NCBI GenBank assembly: GCA_965243135.1
Contig: OZ251539.1
Span: 3,424,001-3,488,000, forward strand
Direction: 5' to 3'
DNA: 64,000 nt
DNA from: Alphaproteobacteria bacterium
GTDB taxonomy: Bacteria > Pseudomonadota > Alphaproteobacteria > MPNO01 > UBA830
The translations under genes were made by a program, and so were the position numbers. Shown here piece by piece: positions 50,831 through 61,489 of this stretch (position 1 is the first letter of the stretch; each line of letters begins with the position of its first letter). A model generated the notes under the pieces. It saw nothing but the letters and a program-made list of their open reading frames with translations. It was not told the origin of the DNA and made no database searches.

Positions 50831-51772
50831 ATGCGCCGTGCAACTCTTGCGGCAGCCTTCGCGCTGGGCTTGGCAGTCCCCTCCGCATCGTACGCCTTTC
50901 CGGACAAGGACATTACGTTCATCATCCCCTACAGCGCCGGCGGCGGCTTCGACCGCACCGTGCGCGCCATTGCGCCCTACATGGAGAAGCACCTTCCGAA
51001 GAAGGTCAACGTGATCCCGAAGAACGTGGCCGGCGCCGGCGGCCGCAAGGGCATTGCGCAACTCTTCCGCGCCGAACCCGACGGCCACACTATCGCCGTC
51101 TTCAACATGCCCGGCATGGCGATCCCGTCCCTTCTCGGCGAAAAGGTCAATTACGACCTCAACAAGGTAAGCTGGATATCGCGGCTCGCGCGCGGCACCT
51201 ATCTGCTGATGGTCGGCGCGAAGAGCGGGATCAGGACGATCGACGACATCCGGAAGCTCGGGCGACCGCTCAAGATCACCACGACCGGCCTCGGATCCAC
51301 GGGACATACCGCGAGCGTCGTCGCGTCGACGGTCATGGGCTTCCCCTTCAAGATGCTTACAGGCTACAAGGGTTCCAAGCAGTTCATCCTGGCGGCGATC
51401 CGGGGGGACGGCGACGCCGTGTACACGCTCGTCACGACGGTCCGGAAATACCATGAAGCGGGCGACGTCCGGATCATCGCCACCTTCGAAAAGGAGAGCA
51501 GTTTCGCCGGCGTGCCGACGGCGCGGCGGATCGGGTTCCCCGAACTCGAAGGAATGAGTCTCGAACGTCTGGTGGGCGGACCGCCCGGCGTTCCCGCCGA
51601 CCGGGTCGCCGTCCTTGAAAGCGCCATGCTCAAGGCGATGGCCGATCCGGAACTCAAGGCCAAGACGAAAAAGCGGCCCTATCTGCCGGCCGGCGCCGCC
51701 GAAACCGCGAAGCGCGTGGACGCCGTCCTGCAGTTCTACCTGAAGTACAAATCCGCCCTCCGCAAGGGCTGA
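50831..51772 (+). CDS. tctC: Tripartite tricarboxylate transporter substrate-binding protein (TctC/Bug)
   Basis: Signal peptide, IIPYSAGGGFD, NVAGAGG, GYKGS. Confidence 0.88.
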   Translation: MRRATLAAAFALGLAVPSASYAFPDKDITFIIPYSAGGGFDRTVRAIAPYMEKHLPKKVNVIPKNVAGAGGRKGIAQLFRAEPDGHTIAVFNMPGMAIPSLLGEKVNYDLNKVSWISRLARGTYLLMVGAKSGIRTIDDIRKLGRPLKITTTGLGSTGHTASVVASTVMGFPFKMLTGYKGSKQFILAAIRGDGDAVYTLVTTVRKYHEAGDVRIIATFEKESSFAGVPTARRIGFPELEGMSLERLVGGPPGVPADRVAVLESAMLKAMADPELKAKTKKRPYLPAGAAETAKRVDAVLQFYLKYKSALRKG

Positions 51773-51818
51773 ACCGAACGAACCTGCCGCGGCACCTGCA
51801 GGAGGGAGGCGTTCGGCG

Positions 51819-53318
51819 GTGTTCGAAGCCTTGGGATCGGGCCTTTCCCTCCTCTTCACTTGGCAAGGTACGCTTTATCTGTGCCTCGGCGTCTTGGTAG
51901 GCCTTGTTTTCGGCGCGGTTCCGGGGCTGGGCGGCACCACGGCGATCGCGCTGCTCATGCCGCTCACCTTCGGAATGGAACCGTGGCTCGCGATCACGAT
52001 GATCGGCGGCGTGATGGGCGCGACATCGTTCGGCGGGTCGGTTTCCGCAATCCTTCTCAACACGCCCGGCATCGCGCCGAATGCGGCGACGTGTTTCGAC
52101 GGCTATCCGCTGGCGCAACAGGGCAAGGCCGGCATGGCGATCGGCGCGGCGGCAGCGGCATCGTCCACCGGCGGCCTGATCGGGATCTTCACGCTGATCG
52201 CGATCATTCCGATCGCCAAGCAGATCGTGCTGTCGTTCGGACCGCCGGAATTCTTCATGCTGGCCATGCTGGGACTCTCGGCCATCGCGGTATCGACCGG
52301 CGGCGCCTTTCTGCGCGGACTGATCAGCGCGCTGTTCGGGCTGATGCTCGCGTTGGTCGGTTACGACGCCGTAAGCGGAGGATACCGGTTCACGGCCGGC
52401 ATCGAATACCTCTACGACGGCATCCCTCTCGTGCCGACGCTGGTTGGCCTGTTCGCGCTTTCGGAGATGATCAACCTTACGGTCAAGGGCGGAACCGTCG
52501 CCTCGGCGGGGTCGTCGGGAGCGATTTCCGGCGTCTGGCCCGGGATCGTTTCGGTCTTCCGGAACTGGGCGATCCTCCTGCGAGGCTCGGCGATCGGCAC
52601 CTTCGTCGGCGCGTTGCCCGGCGTCGGGGGCACCGTCGCGTCGTTCCTCGCCTACACCGCGACCGTGCAGACGGCGAAGGACCGGGAAAGCTTCGGCAAA
52701 GGAAACATCAGAGGCGTGATCGCCCCCGAGTCGGCCAACAACGCCAAGGACGGGGGTTCGCTGATCCCGACCCTTTCCTTCGGCATTCCCGGCAGCGCAG
52801 AATCGGCGATCTTCCTCGGCGTGCTCATCCTGCACGGAATCGAGCCCGGCCCCATGCTGCTGCTCGAAGAAGAAGAAGTCGTCGTCAGCATCGTTCTCGC
52901 GCTCACGGCTTCCACCGTTCTCGCCTCGATTTTCGGACTCCTGGTCAGCCGCCAGCTGTCGATGATCACCTTGGTCGACGTCAACTTACTCGTGCCGGCC
53001 GTCGTCTCGGCCGCGCTCGTCGGAACCTACGCGCTGAAAGGCGAGTTCGGCGACGTGGCGCTGGCAACGATATTCGGCGTCGTGGGTTTCCTGATGATCC
53101 GCTTCGGGTTCCCGCGCATTACCCTGGTCATCGCCCTGGTTCTCGGCGAACTTGCGGAAAGAAGCTTCCATCAGTCGATCGCCATGGCCGACGGGGACTG
53201 GGCGGTGTTCTTCGTGCGCGAAATCTCCCTTCTCCTGTTCGTCGTGACGGCGTTCTGCCTTTTCCTCCCGGCGTTGCGCTACTTGCTCGCCCGCCGCCGC
53301 GAAGCCGGTCGTCGATGA
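51819..53318 (+). CDS. tctA: Tripartite tricarboxylate transporter permease TctA
   Basis: GAVPGLGG, ILLNTPG, DGYPLAQQG, APESANNA, PTLSFGIPGS. Confidence 0.93.
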   Translation: MFEALGSGLSLLFTWQGTLYLCLGVLVGLVFGAVPGLGGTTAIALLMPLTFGMEPWLAITMIGGVMGATSFGGSVSAILLNTPGIAPNAATCFDGYPLAQQGKAGMAIGAAAAASSTGGLIGIFTLIAIIPIAKQIVLSFGPPEFFMLAMLGLSAIAVSTGGAFLRGLISALFGLMLALVGYDAVSGGYRFTAGIEYLYDGIPLVPTLVGLFALSEMINLTVKGGTVASAGSSGAISGVWPGIVSVFRNWAILLRGSAIGTFVGALPGVGGTVASFLAYTATVQTAKDRESFGKGNIRGVIAPESANNAKDGGSLIPTLSFGIPGSAESAIFLGVLILHGIEPGPMLLLEEEEVVVSIVLALTASTVLASIFGLLVSRQLSMITLVDVNLLVPAVVSAALVGTYALKGEFGDVALATIFGVVGFLMIRFGFPRITLVIALVLGELAERSFHQSIAMADGDWAVFFVREISLLLFVVTAFCLFLPALRYLLARRREAGRR

Positions 53319-53794
53319 ACGGCGCGCGTCTGGCTCCGGCCGCGGCCGTGACGGCGGCATCCTGCGCCTTCCTCGCGTGGAGTTACGCCTACGAAGGACG
53401 CGCCCACACCGTTCCGATGCTCGTGGGATGGTCGGCAGTGGCCCTCTCCCTTCTCGACATGCTCGCGCAGACGGACTCGCGCCCGGGACAGGTGTTGCGC
53501 GGCCTGCTTTCGGGACGTCCGCTCGACAGTTCGGCGGCGCCCGAGAGCGGAAGCGCGGCCGTCCCGGCGCTCGCCTGCGGCTGGATAGCGGCTTTCGTCG
53601 CGCTGGTCGCGGCGATCGGCTTCATCGCGGCCATACCGGTCTACGCGTTCGCCTTCATGCGCATCCAGGGCGGCCTCGGCTGGCGGCGTTGCGCCGTTTC
53701 GGCCGCCCTGATCACCGCGGTTACCTGGGTCGCGTTCGAACAGCTTCTGCGCTACCGGATTTTCGAAGGCGCGGCATTCGGCGGCCAGTTCTGA
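53315..53794 (+). CDS. tctB: TctB-like small membrane subunit
   Basis: Four to five TM helices; ATGA overlap with tctA. Confidence 0.8.
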   Translation: MNGARLAPAAAVTAASCAFLAWSYAYEGRAHTVPMLVGWSAVALSLLDMLAQTDSRPGQVLRGLLSGRPLDSSAAPESGSAAVPALACGWIAAFVALVAAIGFIAAIPVYAFAFMRIQGGLGWRRCAVSAALITAVTWVAFEQLLRYRIFEGAAFGGQF

Positions 53795-53806
53795 GGGGGA
53801 GTCAAC

Positions 53807-54868
53807 ATGCCCATCGTCATCACCGACGACGACGCGCGCCGTCATCTGTCCATGCCGGAATGCATCGAAGCGATGCGGATATGCTTCCGCGATTTCGCCG
53901 AAGGAAAGGCCGTGAGTTTGCCGCGCGTAAGGTACACCGTGGATTCCGGCGAGCCCGGCCGGAGTTATTACGCCAACGTTCACGCCGGGGCGGCGCCGAG
54001 CTTCGGGATCGCCTGCGTCCGCGCCGGCAGCCACATGATCGACGACTCGGCATACGCCGGAAACCGCCGGTCCATGCGCAACCCGGAACCCTTCAACTGG
54101 TCCGTCGTCATCCTTTACGACATCAAGACCTCCGAACCCGCCGCCTTCCTGCACGAATCCGTCGTCAGCGGCATGCGGGTGGGCGCGACTTCGGGAGTCG
54201 CGATCGACGAGATCGCGCGCGAGGACGCAGCGGTGCTGGGCATTCTGGGAACGGGGCGCCAGGCGCGCGCCCACTGCGCGGCGATCTGCGCCGTGCGCCC
54301 GATCCGGGAGGTCCGGGCGTTCAGCCCGAACCCCGCGCACCTTAAGGCGTTCGTCGGAACGGCCGCTCCGCCGGGGGTCGAGATTTCCGCAGCGGCCGAC
54401 GCCCGGACAGCGGTCGAGGGCGCGGACATCGTCTGCTGCGCGACCAACACGACGGAACCCGTGCTGTTCGGAGAGTGGCTTCGCGACGGTCAGACCGTCA
54501 TGTCGATCGCGAATTCCGATCCCACCGTCACGAGGCGGGAAGTGGACGAGGCAACCTTCGCGCGCGCCTCGGACATCGTGATCCACGATTGGGACAGCGT
54601 TCACGCCAACAACCAGATCGAGCTCCTCGAGCCGATCGAAGCCGGTCTCGTCGACCGCGCGTGCGTGCATCTCCTGAGCGATGTCGTGGCGGGCGGCGCG
54701 GCCGTTCGATGGCGCCCCGACGGCATTGTCTACTACAAGAGCAACACGGGACTTGCGATGCAGTTCGCGGCGGCCGGCGCGATCCTCCTTCGCAAGCTCC
54801 GGGAAGCCGGAACCAATCGCGTCATTCCGCGCGAGTGGCTGGCGAGCGAGCAATACGGAATCGGGTGA
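53807..54868 (+). CDS. Ornithine cyclodeaminase/mu-crystallin family protein (second, divergent)
   Basis: MRVGATSGVA, ILGTGRQA, CCATNT, SNTGLAMQFAA. Confidence 0.88.
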   Translation: MPIVITDDDARRHLSMPECIEAMRICFRDFAEGKAVSLPRVRYTVDSGEPGRSYYANVHAGAAPSFGIACVRAGSHMIDDSAYAGNRRSMRNPEPFNWSVVILYDIKTSEPAAFLHESVVSGMRVGATSGVAIDEIAREDAAVLGILGTGRQARAHCAAICAVRPIREVRAFSPNPAHLKAFVGTAAPPGVEISAAADARTAVEGADIVCCATNTTEPVLFGEWLRDGQTVMSIANSDPTVTRREVDEATFARASDIVIHDWDSVHANNQIELLEPIEAGLVDRACVHLLSDVVAGGAAVRWRPDGIVYYKSNTGLAMQFAAAGAILLRKLREAGTNRVIPREWLASEQYGIG

Positions 54869-54954
54869 CCTGCATCTCGTCAAAAACGGCCTTTCAGGCC
54901 CTGCGCCGCGCTTTACCGCAAAGGCAGAGTCGACAGGACGCTTTCGAAAAAGCC

Positions 54955-54982
54955 TTGACAAGGCTAATTTTGAGACTATATA
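54955..54982 (+). promoter_or_regulatory. Sigma70-like promoter of the AT-rich islet
   Basis: TTGACA-N16-TATATA. Confidence 0.5.
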
Positions 54983-55043
54983 CGCGGATACTTCGAATAA
55001 GTTCAACGCTCTTAATTGAAAAACCAAGCGGCATACGTCGCCA

Positions 55044-55546
55044 ATGACAGATGGATCCCTCAAGGGCTTTGTAGATGTTGCACTTGCTTCGACAAAATCT
55101 CTTGAGGGAATCCCCTCATGGGAAAAGGGCACAAGGAGTCATGGTTAGTCTGGGTGGTTCTGGTAGAAGGACGGAGCGCAAAGTGCGTACTGACGGCAAC
55201 GGCCTATCCGGAAACGGTCGAAGGGCGCTTTACGATTTCCTTGGTCGTGAAGCATGGTTGCGTTTGGAGGTTGGATTACGACCCAATAGACACCGTACAC
55301 GTTAATCCTCTTGATCGATTAAGAATATCCGGACTTCCCCCGCATGTCAGAGGACAGCATTTTCATTCCTGGGAAGATAATTCTTATCTTTCTTCTAAAG
55401 CAAGGTTGCCGGATCGACTGCATTGCGCAAGAGAATTGCCTGTAAACGTTCGCGGTTGGGAAAATTCGTTCCGATGGTTCTGCGGACAAACGAAATCTCC
55501 AACTGAAATACCTTCTTACCCACCGCGAGAGGAGTTGTTCCAATGA
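55044..55546 (+). CDS. Hypothetical protein (DUF6978-like), possibly frameshifted near 55130
   Basis: Main ORF 55118-55546 has RLDYDP..HVNP...HFHSW; a short upstream frame from ATG 55044 (MTDGSLKGFVDVALASTKSLEGIPSWEKG) looks like the missing N-terminus. Confidence 0.55.
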
Positions 55547-56301
55547 ACCCGGATCTTCTCGGAACCGAACGCTTTCTGAACACGGCCCAAGAGCGTTGGC
55601 GTTTAGACGGCCGCGCGGCGGTCGCGACGCATTGCCTGTATCCTTCCAATCAGACCGTAACGGTTTATGTTTCGGGAGGCAAAAATGAAATAATGGTGAG
55701 CGACGGCGGCGGCTCCGTCGACGTATTGACCCTTCACGGCTGCAATATTCCGAACATGGATAAGTTCCTGGGTCGTTTCTGTCGCCCAAAAGGACTCAAA
55801 GTGAAGAACGGCGAAATATACACCCCTCTTCTGCCTATCGATGCACTTCAAGCAGCCGTGGTAATGGTGGCGAACGCCTCGGCCGCAGCTGCCAATCATG
55901 GCGTAAGTCAGAAGAAAAATACCTCGCATCGCGAAGATCGAAGCATTCGAGGGAAAATCCATAAAATGTTGGAAGACCGCTGGGAAAAACAAGTGGAAAC
56001 GCGTAGACATTTGGTAGGGAAAAGCAATAGAAAGTACCGCGTAGACCACGTCGTATATCTTAGTTCGGATACGATGTTGGTTGTCGACTTCGTCACCCCG
56101 AATCCTGCCACGATCAACTCGAAAGCTGTGGCGCATTGGGATTTGGGATTGTCGGACGACGGTCATTTTCTTCAGAATATCGTTTACGATAACGATCAAG
56201 AATGGGAATCGGCCAATCTTAACGTCCTTCAGACCGTGGCGACGCTCACCCCGTTTTCCAATTTCGATTCCTGCCTTTCCCGCATTCAAGACACGCACTG
56301 A
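55543..56301 (+). CDS. Hypothetical protein with DUF1828-like N-terminus and degenerate PD-(D/E)xK-like C-terminus
   Basis: THCLYPSNQTVTVYV...VSDGG; VGKSNRKYRVDHVV; ATGA overlap; AT-rich. Confidence 0.6.
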   Translation: MNPDLLGTERFLNTAQERWRLDGRAAVATHCLYPSNQTVTVYVSGGKNEIMVSDGGGSVDVLTLHGCNIPNMDKFLGRFCRPKGLKVKNGEIYTPLLPIDALQAAVVMVANASAAAANHGVSQKKNTSHREDRSIRGKIHKMLEDRWEKQVETRRHLVGKSNRKYRVDHVVYLSSDTMLVVDFVTPNPATINSKAVAHWDLGLSDDGHFLQNIVYDNDQEWESANLNVLQTVATLTPFSNFDSCLSRIQDTH

Positions 56302-56505
56302 CCCGTTATGACGATTCTTGAGTTAACGCGATTCGCTCATGAGCGTTCTCCAGGGTTCGCAGACGAGACCGCCGAACCGGGGCCGCGATATCGTCGGCAG
56401 CTTCGGCCCGACGGAAAGATCTCCCGTCGAACGGTAGCGTTGGTGCGCCGGCGCGGATGCCGGGGGTCCGCGCAACGTTCGACGAAGCGCTGAGGAGAAA
56501 GGATC

Positions 56506-57348
56506 GTGGCTCGCGGCAACGCCGATCAGATCGACTTCTGGAACGGAAATCAGGGAGAGGCCTGGGCGCGCCGGACCGCGGCGGTCGACACGGCGTTCGC
56601 CGAGCTTACGGACGCGCTTCTCGAGGCGGCGGCGATCGGTTCCGGCGACCGGGTTCTCGATCTCGGATGCGGCGGCGGCGGATCCATGGCGGCGATCGCG
56701 GAACGCGTCGGCCCCGTCGGCGCCGTGACCGCCATCGACGTCTCCGCTCCGATGATCGCCGTCGCGCGGCGCCGCGCGGAGAAACTGACCAACGCGACCG
56801 TCGTCATGGCCGACGCGGCGACCTATCCGTTCGCCGCCGCTTCCTTCGACGCGCTGATTTCCCGGCTCGGAGCGATGTTCTTCGACGACCCGATTTCGGC
56901 CTTCGCGCCGCTGCGCGGCGCCATGGCGGCGAACGGCCGCATCGCACTCGGCGTCTGGCGCCAGCCCCGGGAAAATCCCTGGGCCATGGAGCCCATCTCG
57001 GCCGCCCGGCCGTACGTCGACATGCCGCCGCGGCCGGATCCGGAAACGCCCGGTCCGTTCTCGTTCGCGGATCCGGACCGCGTCCGCCGCCTCCTCGGCG
57101 CGGCGGGCTTCGGAGACGTCGCTCTCGCGCCGCTCGACCTGTCTCTGCTCTTCGGCGACAGCGTCGACGAGGCTCTGGACTTCGTCGTCGGAGTCGGACC
57201 TCTTGCCGGGCCGCTCTCCGAAACCGCCGGAGAGAGGCGCCGCCGGGCCATCGACGCCATCAAGGACGTTCTCGCGGCGAACGCGGACGGCGACGGCGCC
57301 GTTCGGCTGGGCGGCGCCTGCTGGATCGTCACCGCGAAGGCGCCGTAA
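56506..57348 (+). CDS. Class I SAM-dependent methyltransferase
   Basis: NADQIDFWNG, VLDLGCGGG, SRLGAMFFDDP, PGPFSFADP. Confidence 0.9.
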   Translation: MARGNADQIDFWNGNQGEAWARRTAAVDTAFAELTDALLEAAAIGSGDRVLDLGCGGGGSMAAIAERVGPVGAVTAIDVSAPMIAVARRRAEKLTNATVVMADAATYPFAAASFDALISRLGAMFFDDPISAFAPLRGAMAANGRIALGVWRQPRENPWAMEPISAARPYVDMPPRPDPETPGPFSFADPDRVRRLLGAAGFGDVALAPLDLSLLFGDSVDEALDFVVGVGPLAGPLSETAGERRRRAIDAIKDVLAANADGDGAVRLGGACWIVTAKAP

Positions 57349-57973
57349 AGGGAAGCGCCTCCACGGGAACCGGATCGGCGAGGCGCTTCAGGACCACGCA
57401 GCTCTCGGCAAGTCCGACGGCGCTGTCGGGCGTTTCGCTGATTACGATCCTTTCGACCGCGACGCCGAAGGCGCGTACGGCCTCGACAGCGGTCAACATG
57501 TGGCTCAGCCCGCCGAGATAGCTGCCGCCCACGAGGACGACCGGGACGTCCACCGCGGCGATCAGATCGCGCATCGTGCGAGCCTCGTCCAGCGGCGCCA
57601 TGACGCCGCCGACGCCCTCGATCAGAAGCCGCCCGCCGCCCTCGGCAGCTCGCGCGGCCTCGCGGCAAAACGAGACGATTTCGTCGTAGGGGACCGCCCG
57701 CCCCTCCCGCGCCGCCGCCATGTCGGGCGACAGCGGCGCGGCGTAGCGCCAGGGAGAGACCCGCGCGACGTTCTCCTGCGAGACGCTTTCTCCCAGCGCG
57801 GCGAGCAGGCGGCCGGTGTCGGAGCTCTCCGGATCGCGCGGATCGAACCCGCTGATGACCGGCTTCAGGGCGCCGACGCTCTCGCCCGCTTCCCGCCATT
57901 CGCGTATGAGCCGCTCGGCGACGTGCGTCTTGCCGACTCCGGTGCCGGAACCGCTGACGAAAAGCGCGGACAC
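57329..57973 (-). CDS. bioD: Dethiobiotin synthase
   Basis: GTGVGKT, LKPVISG, PLSPDMAA, IEGVGG. Confidence 0.93.
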   Translation of the reverse strand: MSALFVSGSGTGVGKTHVAERLIREWREAGESVGALKPVISGFDPRDPESSDTGRLLAALGESVSQENVARVSPWRYAAPLSPDMAAAREGRAVPYDEIVSFCREAARAAEGGGRLLIEGVGGVMAPLDEARTMRDLIAAVDVPVVLVGGSYLGGLSHMLTAVEAVRAFGVAVERIVISETPDSAVGLAESCVVLKRLADPVPVEALPFTAPSR

Positions 57974-57974
57974 G

Positions 57975-59153
57975 TCACGCGGCCCGCGGCGGAACGCCGT
58001 TTCCGGCCGCGGGCAGGCCGAGGACCGCCTCCGCCAACCGGTCCACGTCTTCGTCGGCATGCGCGGCCGTGAAGGTGAATCGGAGGCGGGACGTGCCTGC
58101 GGGAACCGTCGGCGGCCGAATGGGCGCGACCAGGAAGCCGGCCTCTTCCAGCGCGGACGACGCCGAGAGCGCGGCGGCCTCGTCGCCGAGCACCAGCGGG
58201 ACGATGGGACTCTCGGGGGCGTCGAGGCCGGCGCGCGCGCAGAATCGCCGCGCCTGCCGCAGGGGCGCGGCGACGCGCTCCGGCTCGGACAGGACGATAT
58301 CGACCGCGGCGATGGCGGCCGCCACGACCGCGGGCGGCAGCCCCGTCGTATAGACCAGGCTGCGCGCCCGATTCTGAACGAAAGCGATCACCGGGGCGCT
58401 GGCGCACAGGAAGCCGCCGTAGCCTCCCAACGCTTTGGACAGCGTGCCGATCTGGAGCGGAATGTCCGGCGGCGGATCGTGCTCGAAGGCGGCGCCGCGT
58501 CCGCCGCCCAACACCCCGAAGCCGTGCGCGTCGTCCACGAGAAGCCAGGCGTCGCGCTCGGACGCGACCCGCGCCAGCGCGTCGAGCGGCGCGCGGTCGC
58601 CGTCCATGCTGAACACGCCCTCGGTCGCGATCAGGCAATGGCGGTATTTCGCCCTTTCCGCGGCGAGGATCGCGGCGCAATCCGCGGCGTCGTTGTGCGC
58701 GAACAAGGCCGTCTCGGCGCGGCTCGCGCGCGCTCCCATGTGCAGGGAGGCGTGGCCGAGGGCGTCGATCAGCACGAGGTCGCCCGGTCCCGCCAGCGCC
58801 GGAATGACCCCGGTATTGGCGAGATAGCCGCTGCCGAAGACGCAGGCCGCCTCGGTCTCCTTGACGCCGGCAAGCCGGCGCTCGAGTTCGCCGTAAAGCG
58901 GGTGGTTGCCGGTGACCAGCCGCGACGCGCCCGCTCCGGCGCCGTAGGCGTCGAGAGCGGTCCTGGCCGCCGCGGTCAGCCGGGGATCCTGCGCCAGATC
59001 CAGATAGTCGTTGCAACAGAAGGAAATCAGCTCGCCGCCGTCGCGGCCCAGGCGGGACCCGCCCATGCGGCGCGAGTCGCGCAGGACCCGCTTCAGGCCC
59101 TGCGCCGCCATGAGATCCAGCTTCGCGTTCGCGAACCGGTTCAGCGTCGTCAT
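57975..59153 (-). CDS. bioF: 8-amino-7-oxononanoate synthase
   Basis: [45 protein letters not shown]. Confidence 0.95.
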   Translation of the reverse strand: MTTLNRFANAKLDLMAAQGLKRVLRDSRRMGGSRLGRDGGELISFCCNDYLDLAQDPRLTAAARTALDAYGAGAGASRLVTGNHPLYGELERRLAGVKETEAACVFGSGYLANTGVIPALAGPGDLVLIDALGHASLHMGARASRAETALFAHNDAADCAAILAAERAKYRHCLIATEGVFSMDGDRAPLDALARVASERDAWLLVDDAHGFGVLGGGRGAAFEHDPPPDIPLQIGTLSKALGGYGGFLCASAPVIAFVQNRARSLVYTTGLPPAVVAAAIAAVDIVLSEPERVAAPLRQARRFCARAGLDAPESPIVPLVLGDEAAALSASSALEEAGFLVAPIRPPTVPAGTSRLRFTFTAAHADEDVDRLAEAVLGLPAAGNGVPPRAA

Positions 59154-59239
59154 TCCCGTCTCCGGCCGTTTCGCCCAGACCGGAAACAATCTACTATAGG
59201 TTTTCGGCAAGTCAGCCTCGAAAGGGACCGCGAACCGGC

Positions 59240-60199
59240 ATGACGACAGCCCGCCTCGGCGAGATCCGCTGCGACTGGACGCAGGCGGAGGCGCGGACGC
59301 TCGTCGGCGCGCCGCTCTGCGATCTGGTCCACGCCGCGCAAACCGTTCACCGGCGTTTTTTCGATCCGAACGAAATCCAGCTTTCGACGCTGCTCAACAT
59401 CAAGGCGGGGGGCTGTCCGGAAGACTGCGCCTACTGCCCGCAGAGCGCCCGGCACGACGCCAGCGTGGAAGCCGGCAAGCTGATGGATCTGGACGCGGTG
59501 CGCGCGGCGGCGCTGAGGGCGAAGGACGCCGGCTCGACCAGATTCTGCATGGGCGCGGCCTGGCGCGGGCCGAAGGATCGCGATCTGGACGCGGTGTGCG
59601 AGATGATCCGCGAGGTGGCGGCGCTCGGCATGGAAACCTGCGTCACCCTCGGCCTCCTCGAGGACGGGCAGGCGGAACGCCTCAAGGAGGCGGGGCTGGA
59701 CTACTACAACCACAACATCGACACTTCGGAAGCGTTCTACGGAGAAATCGTCACCACCCGCCGCTTCGGCGACCGCCTGGACACCCTTGGCCGCGTGCGC
59801 GGCGCCGGGATCTCGGTCTGCTGCGGCGGCATTCTCGGGATGGGCGAGAGCCGCGAGGACCGCGCCGACATGTTGCGGACTCTGGCGACGTTGCCGGAAC
59901 ATCCGCAAAGCGTCCCCATCAACATGCTGGTCGCCGCGCCGGGCACGCCGCTCGCCGCCGCGCCGCCGCTCGATCCGCTCGAGCTCGTTCGAGCGGTCGC
60001 CGCCGCCCGCATAATGATGCCGCGATCGGTCGTGCGGCTTTCCGCCGGCCGCATGCGGATGGACGCCGCGACGCAAGCGCTTTGCTTCCTTTCGGGAGCC
60101 AACTCCATCTTCTGCGGCGACGCCCTGCTCACGACCCCCAATCCCGGACGGAACGCCGACCGCGACCTGTTCGAGCGGCTCGGCCTCGCGACCGGTTGA
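59240..60199 (+). CDS. bioB: Biotin synthase
   Basis: [11 protein letters not shown] radical-SAM motif, [18 protein letters not shown]. Confidence 0.97.
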   Translation: MTTARLGEIRCDWTQAEARTLVGAPLCDLVHAAQTVHRRFFDPNEIQLSTLLNIKAGGCPEDCAYCPQSARHDASVEAGKLMDLDAVRAAALRAKDAGSTRFCMGAAWRGPKDRDLDAVCEMIREVAALGMETCVTLGLLEDGQAERLKEAGLDYYNHNIDTSEAFYGEIVTTRRFGDRLDTLGRVRGAGISVCCGGILGMGESREDRADMLRTLATLPEHPQSVPINMLVAAPGTPLAAAPPLDPLELVRAVAAARIMMPRSVVRLSAGRMRMDAATQALCFLSGANSIFCGDALLTTPNPGRNADRDLFERLGLATG

Positions 60200-60207
60200 C
60201 GCGGCGG

Positions 60208-61455
60208 ATGCCGACGCCGCATCTCTGGCTGCCCTATACGCAGATGCGCAACGCGCGCTCGCCCCTGCGGGCGGCGCGCACGGAGGGTTCGCGCATCGTG
60301 CTCGAAGACGGCCGGCGGTTGATCGACGCCGTCTCCTCATGGTGGACGGCATGCCACGGATACAACCATCCGCACGTCGCCGAAGCCATCGAACGGCAGC
60401 TCCGCGACATGCCGCACGTCATGTTCGGCGGGCTCGTCCACGCGCCCGCGGAACGCCTCGCCGAGCGCCTCTCGGCGCTGCTGCCGGGGTCGCTCGAACG
60501 CGTGTTCTTCTCGGATTCGGGGTCCGTCGCGGTCGAAGTCGCCATGAAAATGGCCGTCCAGTTCCGGATCAACCGCGGCGAGCGCGGCCGAGCGCGCTTC
60601 GTCTGCTTCCGGCACGGCTATCACGGCGACACCATGGCCGCCATGTCGGTCGCCGACCCCGAGGAAGGCATGCACGCCCTGTTCCGGGGATACCTGCCGC
60701 GGCAGATCGTCGCGGAGCTGCCGCGCGACGAGGCGTCGCGCGGCGCGCTGCGCGACGCGCTGTCCGCCCGCGACGTCGCCGGCGTCGTCGTCGAACCGCT
60801 GGTGCAGTGCGCGGGAGGAATGAAAATTCACGAACCGGATACGCTGCGCGCCGTCGCCGACGCCGCGCGCGAGGCAGGCGCGCTTTTGATCGTCGACGAG
60901 ATCGCCACGGGGTTCGGACGAACCGGCAGCATGTTCGCGATCGAACAGGCCGGCGTCGAACCCGACATCGTATGCCTCGGCAAGGCGTTGACGGGCGGAA
61001 CCGTCAGCCTCGCCGCCACGGTCGCCACGCGCGAGGTGTTCGAGGCGTTCCTGTCGGACGACCCCGATTCGGCGCTCATGCACGGACCGACCTACATGGC
61101 GAATCCGCTCGCCTGCGCCGCCGCCAACGCCTCGCTCGATCTCTTCGAATCCGAACCCCGCCTCCGGCAGGTGGCCGGCATCGAAAGGCGGCTCAGGGAC
61201 GCCCTGCCTCCGCTCGCGGCGATTCCCGGCGTGACCGGCGTGCGGACGAAAGGCGCGATCGGCGTCGTCGAGGTGGAGGAACTGCACGATCTCGACCGCC
61301 TCAAGGCCGCCTTCGTCGATGCGGGCGTATGGCTGCGGCCGTTCGGAAACGTCGTCTACGCCATGCCGCCCTTCACCGTGTCGGACGACGAACTGTCGGC
61401 GATCACCGGCGCGATCGCCGACGTTCTCCCGCGCTGGGCCGACCGCAGCCTGTAG
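60208..61455 (+). CDS. bioA: Adenosylmethionine-8-amino-7-oxononanoate aminotransferase
   Basis: [49 protein letters not shown]. Confidence 0.97.
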   Translation: MPTPHLWLPYTQMRNARSPLRAARTEGSRIVLEDGRRLIDAVSSWWTACHGYNHPHVAEAIERQLRDMPHVMFGGLVHAPAERLAERLSALLPGSLERVFFSDSGSVAVEVAMKMAVQFRINRGERGRARFVCFRHGYHGDTMAAMSVADPEEGMHALFRGYLPRQIVAELPRDEASRGALRDALSARDVAGVVVEPLVQCAGGMKIHEPDTLRAVADAAREAGALLIVDEIATGFGRTGSMFAIEQAGVEPDIVCLGKALTGGTVSLAATVATREVFEAFLSDDPDSALMHGPTYMANPLACAAANASLDLFESEPRLRQVAGIERRLRDALPPLAAIPGVTGVRTKGAIGVVEVEELHDLDRLKAAFVDAGVWLRPFGNVVYAMPPFTVSDDELSAITGAIADVLPRWADRSL

Positions 61456-61489
61456 CGCGTCGCAGGCCCGCGCCCGGCCGCGGACTCGT

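Noticed and set aside
56506-57348. bioC
   Set aside because: Convergent to bioD, and its motifs (NADQIDFWNG, PGPFSFADP) fit a widespread unrelated methyltransferase family.
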